Positions 1 to 9,974 of a stretch of DNA of 64,000 bases are shown in pieces (position 1 is the stretch's first letter; the number at the start of each line of letters is the position of its first letter). The DNA is from an uncultured Hyphomicrobiales bacterium (GTDB lineage: Bacteria > Bacteroidota > Ignavibacteria > Kapaibacteriales > UBA7675), in the NCBI GenBank assembly GCA_964445695.1, contig CAYULF010000004.1, positions 137,880 through 201,879 on the forward strand. The letters run 5' to 3'. The translations under genes were made by a program, and so were the position numbers. The notes beneath the pieces were generated by a model. The model was not told the DNA's origin. It was given only the letters and a program-made list of their open reading frames with translations, and ran no database searches.

Positions 1-947
1 ACGTGACATCCAAAACAGGCAACACCTGCGCTGGGTTCGCGCGTTACCCGGTGCGTCGTCTGGTTAAACCAGGTGGTCGGAGTGGGACGCAGCAGCTCCT
101 TCAGACCTTCCATCTGTTCGGCTGTTAACAGGCCATTGAAAATTTCCCAGTAATTGCCCAGCGTCACCTCGCGGCCTTTGGTGACGTCGCCCAATTCTTT
201 ATGCGTCGTCAGGAACATCGGCGGCGGAAACTCCGGCAGATATTCTTCGGGAATGTCGAAGTCGACGTCGATGCGGTCGTGCTCGGGGTGCGCCGCAACC
301 CAGGACGGCGGAAACAACATGTGCGCCGTTGAGTGCAGTGGGTGCGCCAGCGGCTTGAATGGAAAAATGTCTTTTTGTTTAATTTCTTCCGGCGTCATTT
401 GCGCCAGAGCTTCCCAGGATGCAACCCCCTGCGGCAGTCGAGCCACCGGTCCCTGCATGATGGGTTTGCCGCCTGACATAAATGCACCCGGACGCGCTTG
501 CCCGCTGAAGTTAAAACGCGAGTTCATGTATTCGCGCACGTCGCGCATCAACTCGGGTTTCTGTTTTTCGTGGAAGGCCAACCACGCATCAAACGTTGCG
601 TACTCCGGCGGCAGATCCGGCGATCCAAAGGAGCTGCGGCCACGACCGCCATAACGCCAAAGGTCAAAAGGCGTTCGATCCCCCGCTTTGACCGGCGGAT
701 AAGGCAGTAGTTTGTCGATGTAACTCTCGCCCAGGCCGTAGTCGTTTTCGACATAGTTCGGGTTGACAGCCGCAGGACTCTGTAGCAGGTGCAGATTTGA
801 GGCCGCCTCCTGCTTTGCTTCGGGTTCGTAGCCGTCCGAATTGTCCTGAGCGCCGGCCGAATGGCTGGACAGGGAGAGTATAAAAAGCAGCAGCGGAAAT
901 GCAATAATGGTGGAATACGACACCATTCTGGAGCGGAACTTAGACAT
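1..947 (-). CDS. Exported c-type cytochrome (CxxCH haem-binding motif). Partial: the C-terminal end runs off the window start. Not in the supplied ORF track.
   Basis: Hand translation of the minus strand from ATG (rc of cat at 945-947) gives MSKFRSRMVSYSTIIAFPLLLFILSLSSHSAGAQ..., a signal peptide. The frame stays open to position 1 and ends ...AGVACFGCH, so the CxxCH motif lies in the last complete codons. The listed ORFs 154..654 and 548..991 are other frames of this gene. Confidence 0.6.
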   Translation of the reverse strand, partial: MSKFRSRMVSYSTIIAFPLLLFILSLSSHSAGAQDNSDGYEPEAKQEAASNLHLLQSPAAVNPNYVENDYGLGESYIDKLLPYPPVKAGDRTPFDLWRYGGRGRSSFGSPDLPPEYATFDAWLAFHEKQKPELMRDVREYMNSRFNFSGQARPGAFMSGGKPIMQGPVARLPQGVASWEALAQMTPEEIKQKDIFPFKPLAHPLHSTAHMLFPPSWVAAHPEHDRIDVDFDIPEEYLPEFPPPMFLTTHKELGDVTKGREVTLGNYWEIFNGLLTAEQMEGLKELLRPTPTTWFNQTTHRVTREPSAGVACFGCH

Positions 948-1173
948 ATGCAACAGTGCTCTGATCGATAGTAAACAAATTTTTCCGTCACTCAAACATA
1001 TCAAAAGAACAATACCACACGCATGACCTTGTGCCAATTCCGGCGAAAATTACGTCAAACAGCGTAACTAATTGATGAATTTGCGCAGTCATTGGGGTGG
1101 TTTTTCTCTTGTTTGTCGGGGAGCACTAAATATAGAGCCTGTCTGCACGGCAGTTGATGCGCAGGTTGATTAG

Positions 1174-2250
1174 TCAGCCAAAGTCACGAAAGTAGAGTGA
1201 AGAATCATTTGCATTCCAAAAAATGTACCTTCCATCCAGTGTGGTGCACAGCCTGTGGTTATTGACAGGAGTACGTAGTTTGGACCAACTGGCCCCGGAA
1301 TCAACCGACAGATAAATCACCCCTTGATTTTGTTCAAGATAACGATCAACACCGAATAGCAGTTCACTATGGCCATAGCGGCGATATTGGCTGATAATAA
1401 CAGATCGCTCAAATTCAAGGGTTTGCAAACACGTAAGTTTTTTAACGTAAAAATCATACTCCCAGGATTTAACTTTTCGAGCACAGACCGTCCAAAACAA
1501 TAGCCAGAAGTCACCTGGAACTATATCGATGATAAACTGACATTCAATAAAATGGGCGAGCTTGATGATCTTGCCTGTGTGGAGGTCAAAATAGGCAGGC
1601 ATGATGTAATCAGCATCATCACCGCTTTGACCACATTCTATATTGCTCCATCGAAATATCGTACCCCAAATGCGGTCTTGCTGAAGCTTCAGACCAACAA
1701 AAGCGTCGCCATCTGTCAACGTATCCCGAAGGAACGTTTTGTCAGAAGTGCCGAGCAGTGCAATGGAAAACTCACTCCATTCAGTTCCGCGGCATCTGAC
1801 AACGTGTTTCCCATTGGTGTTAACACCGTAATAGTTATAAAATCTTTGTGGCGAACTAAACGGGCCGGACAAAGTACCATCGGTTGCAAGTATTTGGATG
1901 ACCACAGGATGATCTGACGGATGAATTTTCCCTTCCACATATCTCAAATCGAGGTATTGGTTAATGCTGTTGACAATTATTCCGACAGCTTCAACTTTCT
2001 CCACGCCATACTTCTTACCTTCTCCTGTCTCGATATTCCATTTGATGTAAACACAATGGCCTTCTCGCTCAAGCGGTGAACCTTCGTCCCTGCCCGTCAT
2101 AGCAACCAGTAGAATGGTTTTGCGATCAGCAGCCAGAATGCCTTGCACGTTTAACGGATCAGGACCAATGTTCACCCGAGAACGATTCCATTCCTCGGGA
2201 CGCCAATCCACTGTTGTTTCGCGATACATGCCTGGATGATTCTCCCGCAC
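1174..2250 (-). CDS. Hypothetical protein, 358 aa, no recognisable domain. The region looks more AT-rich than its neighbours.
   Basis: Long ORF with no signal peptide. Composition differs from flanking genes, so possibly horizontally acquired. Confidence 0.45.
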   Translation of the reverse strand: MRENHPGMYRETTVDWRPEEWNRSRVNIGPDPLNVQGILAADRKTILLVAMTGRDEGSPLEREGHCVYIKWNIETGEGKKYGVEKVEAVGIIVNSINQYLDLRYVEGKIHPSDHPVVIQILATDGTLSGPFSSPQRFYNYYGVNTNGKHVVRCRGTEWSEFSIALLGTSDKTFLRDTLTDGDAFVGLKLQQDRIWGTIFRWSNIECGQSGDDADYIMPAYFDLHTGKIIKLAHFIECQFIIDIVPGDFWLLFWTVCARKVKSWEYDFYVKKLTCLQTLEFERSVIISQYRRYGHSELLFGVDRYLEQNQGVIYLSVDSGASWSKLRTPVNNHRLCTTLDGRYIFWNANDSSLYFRDFG

Positions 2251-2352
2251 TTAATTGACTGTGCCGACAGCCCGGTCGTGCTTTGGGTCTCTGGATTACT
2301 TCTACGGTTTGTTTCGGTACTGCCGTGAAACTGAACGATGCCTCCCCTGCTG

Positions 2353-2406
2353 ATTAACAAAATAATCGCACAAGCCTGAGACGCGGAAGCGGCTCAAAGC
2401 GCCGCG
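2353..2406 (+). repeat. Dispersed intergenic element 'AGCCTGAGACGC...GCTCAAAGCG', copy 1 (short variant).
   Basis: attaacaaaataatcgcacaagcctgagacgcggaagcggctcaaagcgccgcg. Confidence 0.75.
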
Positions 2407-2530
2407 CGAGGATTGTTAAACCGACGACGGGATTTTCAATTTAAGAGATAATTTACTATTTTTGCGGGTTCCCAACATATTCCCCGGTTTAAAACCCGCA
2501 CGAAATTCTTCCTTTCCAGTCGTTCTGCTG

Positions 2531-3988
2531 ATGCACTTTGTGGATCTTTCCATATTTATTGTCTATTTCCTGGCGATGCTGGGCGTGGGCGTATATTTCC
2601 TGCGCAAAAACAGCAGCACGGAAGATTACTACGTGGGCGGAAGGTCGATGGGCAGCTGGCACGTGGGACTGTCCGTGGTGGCGACGGACGTAGGCGGAGG
2701 CTTTTCAATCGGGCTGGGCGGCCTGGGATTTGTGATGGGCATCGCCGGCTCGTGGATGCTGCTGACGGGGCTGATCGGTGCGTGGTTGAGCGCGGTGCTG
2801 TTGATTCCCCGCATTTCACGATTATCGCAGCAACATAAATTTTTGACCTTTCCGCAGGTTTTCAAGCATTTTTACGGACGCGAAGCTGCGCTGGCGGCGG
2901 GGCTGATTTCCGCTATCGGATATCTGGGTTTTACGAGTTCACAGATTCTGGCGGGAGCCAAGCTGGCGGCGGCCTCATTCGACGGACTCAACTTAAACAC
3001 CGCACTGATTGCAATGGGCGCAATTGCGGTTGTGTATACCGTGATGGGCGGCCTGAAAGCCGTGATCTATACCGATACCGTGCAGTGGATTGTGCTCATG
3101 TCCGGCCTGATTTTTATCGGGATCCCCGTGGCGTGGAACGCGGTCGGCGGGTATGAAACAATCAGCGCGACGCTGGCGCCGGAGTTTCTGTCCATGGGCA
3201 ATATTTCCTGGCAGACGGCGGTGAACTGGGCGGCCACAATTATTCCGATCTGGTTTGTGGGCATGACCCTGTACCAGCGGATCTACGCCTGCCGCGGCCA
3301 AAAGGAAGCGCAAAAAGCGTGGTTTATCGCCGGTTTGTTTGAATGGCCGGTGATGGCGTTCATGGGCGTTGTGCTGGGGCTGCTGGCGCGCGTGGCAGTG
3401 GAAAACGGCATGTTTACCGCAATGGGTTACGCCGGCGCGGACGGGCTGGATGCGGAAATGGGCCTGCCGATGCTGCTTAAACACGTGCTGCCGATCGGCC
3501 TGATGGGGCTGATGATGTCGGCGTATTTTTCGGCAATCATGTCGACCGCGGACTCCTGCCTGATGGCCGCTTCCGGAAATATCGTAACAGACCTGATGGA
3601 AACACTGGCGCCGTCGATGAAGTGGCTGCGCGAGCACCCGCTGCGGGTGTCGCAGTTTGTTACCCTGGCCGTGGGCGCGGCGGCGTTGCTGCTGGCCACG
3701 ATGATGCAGAACGTGCTGGAACTGATGCTCTATTCCTACGCTTTTATGGTGTCGGGCTTGCTTGTGCCGGTGGTGGGAGCGCTGTTCTGGCGGCGAAGCA
3801 GTCAGACGGCGGCGCTCTGGGCCATGCTGCTGGGCGGCGGCACGACGCTGATACTGATTGGCGGCGATGTTAAACTGCCGCTGGGACTTGACGCCAATAT
3901 CTTCGGCATTGCCGCCTCGGCGCTGGCGTTTGTCACGCTGACCTGGCTGTTTCCGCGCACAGAGAAAATTCAACAATCTCCCCGTTAA
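2531..3988 (+). CDS. Sodium:solute symporter family (SSF) transporter.
   Basis: About 13 predicted TM helices. The N-terminal region (YYVGGRSMGSWHVGLSVVATDVGGG...) is typical of SSF/PutP-like permeases. The ORF opens at 2462 but the ATG at 2531 (MHFVDLS...) is the likelier start. Confidence 0.8.
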   Translation: MHFVDLSIFIVYFLAMLGVGVYFLRKNSSTEDYYVGGRSMGSWHVGLSVVATDVGGGFSIGLGGLGFVMGIAGSWMLLTGLIGAWLSAVLLIPRISRLSQQHKFLTFPQVFKHFYGREAALAAGLISAIGYLGFTSSQILAGAKLAAASFDGLNLNTALIAMGAIAVVYTVMGGLKAVIYTDTVQWIVLMSGLIFIGIPVAWNAVGGYETISATLAPEFLSMGNISWQTAVNWAATIIPIWFVGMTLYQRIYACRGQKEAQKAWFIAGLFEWPVMAFMGVVLGLLARVAVENGMFTAMGYAGADGLDAEMGLPMLLKHVLPIGLMGLMMSAYFSAIMSTADSCLMAASGNIVTDLMETLAPSMKWLREHPLRVSQFVTLAVGAAALLLATMMQNVLELMLYSYAFMVSGLLVPVVGALFWRRSSQTAALWAMLLGGGTTLILIGGDVKLPLGLDANIFGIAASALAFVTLTWLFPRTEKIQQSPR

Positions 3989-4001
3989 CAGGACAAGAAT
4001 T

Positions 4002-4451
4002 ATGAACTACAGAATTATTGACCGATCCACCGGTGAAGACAGGCAATTCAACAATGTGCGCATTGCAGCCTTTCTGCACGAACATCTGGACGAATTCGGC
4101 GACAGCCCGGACGATATTCTGGCGGCGATTAACTACGTGTTTAAGGAAGGCCGCGGCGGGCGCGTTGTGCTGGCGGTCGACAAAGATGAATTGATCGGCG
4201 CTGTGGTGCTGAACGACACCGGCATGTCGGGTTACATACCGGAAAACATCCTGGTTTACATCGCCATTCACCGCGAGCGGCGCGGCATGGGACTCGGCAA
4301 GGGACTGATGCTGCAGGCAATCGAACATACGCCGGGCGGCATCGCCCTGCACGTGGAGCCCGAAAACCCTGCGGTGCATCTCTACCGCAAGCTGGGATTC
4401 ACGAACAAGTATCTGGAAATGCGATTGCAAAAAACAGCCGGCGCACAATGA
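4002..4451 (+). CDS. GNAT family N-acetyltransferase.
   Basis: Acetyl-CoA binding motif region RRGMGLGKGLM (Q/RxxGxG/A) and the ...LYRKLGF C-terminus. Starts 13 nt after the SSF stop. Confidence 0.8.
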   Translation: MNYRIIDRSTGEDRQFNNVRIAAFLHEHLDEFGDSPDDILAAINYVFKEGRGGRVVLAVDKDELIGAVVLNDTGMSGYIPENILVYIAIHRERRGMGLGKGLMLQAIEHTPGGIALHVEPENPAVHLYRKLGFTNKYLEMRLQKTAGAQ

Positions 4452-5599
4452 GTTTGTTTAATACCGACACAGGCAAGGCGGCGGAACTGCGGCGCGAATT
4501 GCACAAACACCCTGAGCTGTCCGGCGCCGAGCACGGAACGGCTGCGCGGTTGCACGACTTTATAGCTTCCTGCGGACCGACGGAAATTGTTGAAGGCATC
4601 GGTGGCTGTGGACTGGCGGCGATCTTTGCGTTTAACAAACCGGGACCGACGGTGCTCGTGCGCTGTGAACTCGACGCCCTGCCGATTCAGGAAGTCAACG
4701 ACGTTGAATATCGGTCAAAGGTCGACGGCGTCTCACACAAGTGCGGCCACGACGGACACATGGCGATTGTCGCCGGACTTGCGCAGAATCTCTCAGAAAA
4801 TCCCCCGCCGAGCGGCCGCGTTGTGCTGCTGTTTCAGCCGGCCGAAGAAATCGGTGCGGGCGCGGCGGCGGTGTTGAACGACGAGAGATTCAACAAACTC
4901 GAAATTAACTACGCTATTGCACTGCACAATCTGCCCGGCGCTCCCAAACACAGCATTGTCTGCCGGGTGGGCAGCTTCAGCGCGGCGGTTAAAACCGCCA
5001 TCATTACGCTGAGGGGCAAGACTTCACACGCCGGCGAGCCCGAACTGGGACTGAATCCGGCGGCGGCGATTGCCGATATTTTGCAGCAAACGCGCGCGCT
5101 TGAGCGGCCTGCCGACGGCGAGGACTTCACACTTGTGACGCCCGTGCACATCTCGATGGGCGAAAAAGCGCACGGCATTTCAGCCGGCGAGGGCGAGATG
5201 CGTTTTACACTGCGCGCCTGGGACAATGCGCACCTGGCCGCAGCGGAAGACGCGTTAACGACAATTGTGCGCGCAGCGGCCGAGGCACAGTCGTTGCAAT
5301 ATTCCGTCGATTGGACGGACCACTTCGCGGCGACCAGGAACAGCGCGGACATCGTCCGCCTTGTTAAACAGGCGGCACGGAATTTGGAGTTGAACTATAC
5401 AGACAGAACGGAAGCCTTCCGCTGGGGCGAGGATTTCGGCTTGTTTACGGAGCGTTTTACCGGCGCGATGTTCGGGCTTGGCGCAGGTGAAGACAAGCCG
5501 CCGCTGCACAATGCCGCATACGACTTCCCCGACGACCTGATCCCGACGGGCGCAGGCATGTTCAGATCCGTGATTGACCAACTGTTGCAGGAACAATGA
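4448..5599 (+). CDS. M20 family amidohydrolase/aminoacylase (M20D, N-acyl-amino-acid amidohydrolase-like).
   Basis: HKCGHDGHMA metal-binding motif typical of M20 amidohydrolases. 4-nt overlap (ATGA) with the GNAT stop. Confidence 0.8.
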   Translation: MSLFNTDTGKAAELRRELHKHPELSGAEHGTAARLHDFIASCGPTEIVEGIGGCGLAAIFAFNKPGPTVLVRCELDALPIQEVNDVEYRSKVDGVSHKCGHDGHMAIVAGLAQNLSENPPPSGRVVLLFQPAEEIGAGAAAVLNDERFNKLEINYAIALHNLPGAPKHSIVCRVGSFSAAVKTAIITLRGKTSHAGEPELGLNPAAAIADILQQTRALERPADGEDFTLVTPVHISMGEKAHGISAGEGEMRFTLRAWDNAHLAAAEDALTTIVRAAAEAQSLQYSVDWTDHFAATRNSADIVRLVKQAARNLELNYTDRTEAFRWGEDFGLFTERFTGAMFGLGAGEDKPPLHNAAYDFPDDLIPTGAGMFRSVIDQLLQEQ

Positions 5600-6747
5600 A
5601 AAGCAATTCAACACTGGAACTAAGCGCGGCGGCACTGCGCAGCAACATCAGTTTTCTGCGCGCGATGCTGGGCGAGGAGTGCATTCTGTCTTCCGTGGTT
5701 AAAGGCAATGCCTACGGACACGGCATCGAAGTGTACACGCCGCTGGCCGTACAAAGCGGCATAAAACACTTTTCCGTGTTTAACGCCGTTGAAGCCGAGC
5801 GCGTCCTGCGCGCCACGGAGGGACAGGCGGAGATCATGATCATGGGTCTGATCGACAACGCCGACCTGGAATGGGCCATCGCAAACAACATCTCCTTTTT
5901 TGTCTTTGATTTTGAACGTCTTCAAGCAGCGCTGGCCGCGGCCAAACGACTTAAACTCACGGCGCGGATTCACATTGAGCTGGAGACGGGTTTTAATCGC
6001 ACGGGTTTCAGTCGCAAGGATCTGCACACAGTCGCAGATTTGATTCTGCACAACGGCGAGCACTTAAACGCCGAGGGCGTGTGCACACATTACGCCGGCG
6101 CGGAAAGCGTAAGCAATTACCTGCGCGTGCAAAACCAGATCAGGACCTACAATGAATACGTGCAGATTCTGGCCGACGCGGGCGTCAAACCGCGTCTCCG
6201 GCACACAGCCTGCAGCGCGGCGGCCATCACCTATCCGGAAACGCGAATGGACCTGGTCCGGATTGGAATTGCACAATACGGCTATTGGCCCAGCCGCGAA
6301 ACGCTGATCGGTTACCTGACGAGCCGCAAAAACACCGACGACCCGCTGCGACGCGTCATCACCTGGAAAAGCAATGTGATGACGACCAAAACCGTCCGTG
6401 CGGGAGAATTCGTCGGCTACGGCACGACATTTCTGGCGGAACGCGATATGTCAATCGCGATTATTCCGGTCGGATATTCAGAGGGTTTCAGCCGCTCACT
6501 GAGCAATCAGGGACGCGTTCTGATTAACGGCCACAGGATCGGCGTCATCGGCAAAGTCAACATGAATATGCTGGTGGCGGACATCAGCAGCATCCCCGAC
6601 ACACAGCCGGGCGACGAAGTAATTTTAATCGGAAATCAGCAGGATCTGTCGATCTCCGTATCATCTTTCAGCGAATTGAGCGAGCAGTTAAACTACGAGC
6701 TGTTAACGCGTTTGCCGCAGGATATTCCGCGAACCGTCATTGGATAG
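5596..6747 (+). CDS. alr: Alanine racemase.
   Basis: PLP-lysine signature VVKGNAYGHG near the N-terminus. Length 383 aa. 4-nt overlap with the upstream gene. Confidence 0.88.
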   Translation: MKSNSTLELSAAALRSNISFLRAMLGEECILSSVVKGNAYGHGIEVYTPLAVQSGIKHFSVFNAVEAERVLRATEGQAEIMIMGLIDNADLEWAIANNISFFVFDFERLQAALAAAKRLKLTARIHIELETGFNRTGFSRKDLHTVADLILHNGEHLNAEGVCTHYAGAESVSNYLRVQNQIRTYNEYVQILADAGVKPRLRHTACSAAAITYPETRMDLVRIGIAQYGYWPSRETLIGYLTSRKNTDDPLRRVITWKSNVMTTKTVRAGEFVGYGTTFLAERDMSIAIIPVGYSEGFSRSLSNQGRVLINGHRIGVIGKVNMNMLVADISSIPDTQPGDEVILIGNQQDLSISVSSFSELSEQLNYELLTRLPQDIPRTVIG

Positions 6748-6749
6748 AC

Positions 6750-7838
6750 ATGACCTATATTGAATTGCACGCCGACAAACTGGAACACAACTATCGTTTT
6801 CTGGACAGAATGTTCAGCGAACAGGGTAAAAGCTGGTCGGTCGTGTCAAAAATGCTGTGCGGCAATAAAAAGTACATCGAAGAAATCATACAACTCGGCG
6901 CACGTGAGATCTGCGACTCGCGCCTGACGAACCTCAAAGTGATCAAGGCGATCGACCCGACGGTGCAGACGGTCTACATTAAACCGCCGGCCAAACGCAA
7001 TATCAGCACAGTTGTTAAATACGCGGACGTCAGTTTCAACTCCGAGTACCAGACGATTAAACTGCTTTCGGACGAGGCGCAGCGGCAGGAGCGCAAACAC
7101 AAAGTCATTATCATGATCGAGCTGGGCGACCTGCGCGAAGGCATCATGGGCGAGAACCTGATGGCCTTTTACGATGCGGTTTTCCACCTGCCGAACATCG
7201 AAGTTACGGGCATCGGCACAAACTTAAACTGTCTGCACGGCGTTCTCCCCTCGCAGGACAAGTTGATTCAGCTCTGCCTCTACCAGCAGCTTATCGAGGC
7301 GCGCTTTAACCGCAACATCCCATGGGTCACCGGCGGCACGTCAATCGTCGTTCCTCTTCTGGCATACGGTCAGGTGCCTGAAGGCGTCAATCACTTCCGC
7401 ATCGGCGAGACGCTGTACTTCGGCAACAACCTGCTGACGGGCGAGCCGATCGACGGCATGGAAGTCGACGTGTTTAAGTTGCATTCGGAGATCATTGAAA
7501 TCACGGAGAAACCGAAGGTGCCGATCGGCTACCTTGCGGAGAATCCATCCGGCGAAATGTTAAAGGTCCAGGAAGAAGATTATGGAAAAACTTCCTACCG
7601 CGCCATTCTGGACGTCGGCCTGCTGGACAGCGCCACGGACTTCCTGATTCCCGACGATAAAAGTATCAGGATTGCCGGAGCCAGTTCGGACATGTTAATC
7701 ATCGACCTGGGCGAAACCAGCGGCAACTACAAAGTCGGCGACATGGTTTCTTTCAGCCTTAAGTATATGGGCGCACTGCATTTACTGAACTCACGCTACA
7801 TCGATAAACGAATCGTGCGCCGGGACGACAAGACTTAA
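6750..7838 (+). CDS. Alanine-racemase-fold (fold-type III PLP) putative amino-acid racemase, YhfX/ornithine-racemase-like.
   Basis: SVVSKMLCGN is a candidate PLP-lysine region. The protein has an N-terminal TIM-barrel-like plus C-terminal beta-domain pattern and starts 3 nt after the alr stop. Confidence 0.6.
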   Translation: MTYIELHADKLEHNYRFLDRMFSEQGKSWSVVSKMLCGNKKYIEEIIQLGAREICDSRLTNLKVIKAIDPTVQTVYIKPPAKRNISTVVKYADVSFNSEYQTIKLLSDEAQRQERKHKVIIMIELGDLREGIMGENLMAFYDAVFHLPNIEVTGIGTNLNCLHGVLPSQDKLIQLCLYQQLIEARFNRNIPWVTGGTSIVVPLLAYGQVPEGVNHFRIGETLYFGNNLLTGEPIDGMEVDVFKLHSEIIEITEKPKVPIGYLAENPSGEMLKVQEEDYGKTSYRAILDVGLLDSATDFLIPDDKSIRIAGASSDMLIIDLGETSGNYKVGDMVSFSLKYMGALHLLNSRYIDKRIVRRDDKT

Positions 7839-8005
7839 TAAGTCACGATTAAACAGACTGCGACGGCTGTCGAGCATCTATGATGCCGACGACCGTCCCT
7901 TTTGCACTCCGCTTCTGCAACAGCCGCTTTTTGTTTGTCAGCGGGACTGAAACAAAGGGCCGCCGGGGCTGTGCACAGAATGTTGGACTTGCGGTTTGGA
8001 ACTCG

Positions 8006-8062
8006 GTGAAAAACAGGAACACTACCCGAGCCTGAGACGCGGATGCGGCTCAAAGCGCCGCA
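8006..8062 (+). repeat. Dispersed intergenic element, copy 2 (short variant).
   Basis: ...cccgagcctgagacgcggatgcggctcaaagcgccgcacag. Confidence 0.75.
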
Positions 8063-8231
8063 CAGATGTTATTGCCCCACCAGAAACCAGGACGACGGTA
8101 CGCTCCGAGTCGCGGTAAAAATCCGTCCCTCCTGCCCGCCTGTATTGCGCAAAACATCTTGCCTGACTATATTGGCGCGACCTCCCGGCAAAACGTCGCA
8201 CCAAATTTAACAACTACATTGACAGCTTGCC

Positions 8232-9341
8232 ATGCACAACCAAATTGGTCGGTCCTGCAAATCTATTCGCATTCACCGTCCCGGAGCATCGCGGGTACAG
8301 GGAATATACCAGCGTTTAATAATTTCTCTGGCCGCGATCGCGTGCCTGTTCAGCTTAACTTCCTGCGACGACGACGACCCGTCGCTCTATGCCGAGGAGG
8401 TAGTGGAACACCTTGTTGAAGACGTTATTCTGCCGACTAACGCTGATTTGCTGGTCAGCGTGGAACGATTGTACAGTGCCTGCAAGGCACTACGCGACAT
8501 GCCCACGGACAATCAGCAAATAGTCAATGCGGGACAGTTGTGGCGGGACGCACGAGCGTTCTGGACTATGAGCGAGGCATATGCCATCGGGCCGGCGGAA
8601 GAGTTTAAACTGGCGCGTGAGTTAAACGCATGGCCGCTCGACACGGGAGGTGTTGAGAATCTGGTTGCGAGTACAAGTGTGATAACTTCTTCGCAGTTAA
8701 ACAAACTAGCGGCAGACATGCGCGGATTTCACGCGGTAGAGTACTTGCTGTTCCGCGATGGAAAAGCACGTACGCAGGGAGAGTTAACGGTGCGTGAACG
8801 CGAGTATCTGGAGGCGTCGGCGGACTTGCTGTCAAGTCGGATTCGTCAGTATGCGGCAAAGTGGGCGGCGAATAATGGATTTCACCTGCAGCTTGTCGGT
8901 GGAGACGGCTCGCGGCAAAACAGCGCGCAGTTGTTTATTGAACTGACGTTCAGCGCGATTACGGATCTTTGCATCGACATAGACGAGATTCGTTTACAGC
9001 GGCCATTGCAGACGCAGAATGTTAGAAATGTGGAGTCGCGTTTCAGCCGCAATTCTCTCAATGAAATACGAAACGGCCTGCTGGGGATTCAACATCTGTT
9101 CAACGGATCACTGAGTTTCAGACGGGAGGCGCAGGGACTTACGGCCTGGATTGACACTCGCAACCGACTTGTGGCTCAGCGACTGAGCGTCAGGATCAGC
9201 AGCGCGCTGACGGCGATGGACAATGTTCCCTTTCCGCTGGCCGAGAGACTCCAGGACCAGAGCGGTTATGAACCTGCAATTGAGGCACTGGAACTTTTAC
9301 AACAGTCGCTTACGGATGATGTGCCGCCGCTTTACGATTAA
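8232..9341 (+). CDS. Imelysin-like (peptidase M75 / IrpA-like) lipoprotein.
   Basis: Lipobox LFSLTSC. HAVEYLLF resembles the imelysin HxxE motif. Length around 370 aa. The start is probably a non-ATG codon downstream of 8232. Confidence 0.5.
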   Translation: MHNQIGRSCKSIRIHRPGASRVQGIYQRLIISLAAIACLFSLTSCDDDDPSLYAEEVVEHLVEDVILPTNADLLVSVERLYSACKALRDMPTDNQQIVNAGQLWRDARAFWTMSEAYAIGPAEEFKLARELNAWPLDTGGVENLVASTSVITSSQLNKLAADMRGFHAVEYLLFRDGKARTQGELTVREREYLEASADLLSSRIRQYAAKWAANNGFHLQLVGGDGSRQNSAQLFIELTFSAITDLCIDIDEIRLQRPLQTQNVRNVESRFSRNSLNEIRNGLLGIQHLFNGSLSFRREAQGLTAWIDTRNRLVAQRLSVRISSALTAMDNVPFPLAERLQDQSGYEPAIEALELLQQSLTDDVPPLYD

Positions 9342-9480
9342 CACGCGCCGCAGCAAGACTGCCTCGACGACCTGCCGCTGATCATTCGTTGACGAGCAAA
9401 ACAGTCACAAGGCAAGCCGCCGTTTCAATGCGGCGGCGCTGCAATCAGACGATTAAACATGGACATTTGACCAGTAAGAG

Positions 9481-9927
9481 TCAGGCTTGAATCAAGCGAC
9501 GATGATAGTTAATCTGGCCGAGATGGTAGTTGAGATGTGAATGCAGGTGCACTAAAAACCAGGATGTCGTCATCGGCTTGCCGAAAAGTTCGATCGGATA
9601 GTCCTGCTCGAGTTGTTCAGCGCTTAAACCGGTCAACACATTGTTAATCATCAATTTTGTTGCATCGAGGGCGGTCAGCATTTCAAAACGCGGCACATTT
9701 TTGTCGCTGAATTCGCGGTCGCGATGGCGGACGTAGTCGCTGCCGCCCAGCACGGCGCCAATGAAGTGATTGAGATTGCCGATAATGTGGAGGCAAAGGT
9801 TTCCGGGCGAATTGCCGACAGACCCCTTGACACTCCACAGCAGGGCTTCGTCGGAATAAAGCGCTATCTCCTGTTTAACACGTTCGAGATCACGTGTAAA
9901 CAGTTCGGCCATTACATTTGACAGCAT
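9481..9927 (-). CDS. DinB/YfiT-like (DinB_2) family protein.
   Basis: 148 aa. His-rich four-helix-bundle signature (LHIIGNLNHF ... HLHSHLNYHLGQINYH). Confidence 0.65.
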   Translation of the reverse strand: MLSNVMAELFTRDLERVKQEIALYSDEALLWSVKGSVGNSPGNLCLHIIGNLNHFIGAVLGGSDYVRHRDREFSDKNVPRFEMLTALDATKLMINNVLTGLSAEQLEQDYPIELFGKPMTTSWFLVHLHSHLNYHLGQINYHRRLIQA

Positions 9928-9974
9928 GTCAACCTCCTGATGTATTGTGCGACATTAAAACTCCGCACACTGTG

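Noticed and set aside
154-991. ORF-track entries 154..654 (plus strand), 498..710 (plus strand) and 548..991 (minus strand).
   Set aside because: Low-complexity translations with no motifs. A different minus-strand frame encodes a coherent signal-peptide cytochrome c, so these are shadow ORFs.
2993-3976. 327-aa minus-strand ORF inside the SSF transporter gene.
   Set aside because: His/Arg/Gln-rich nonsense translation antisense to a clear 13-TM transporter.
7861-7905. Possible terminator after the racemase operon (imperfect GACGGCTGTCG/CGACGACCGTC hairpin plus CCTTTT).
   Set aside because: The stem has two central mismatches and the U-tract is short. Too weak to call.
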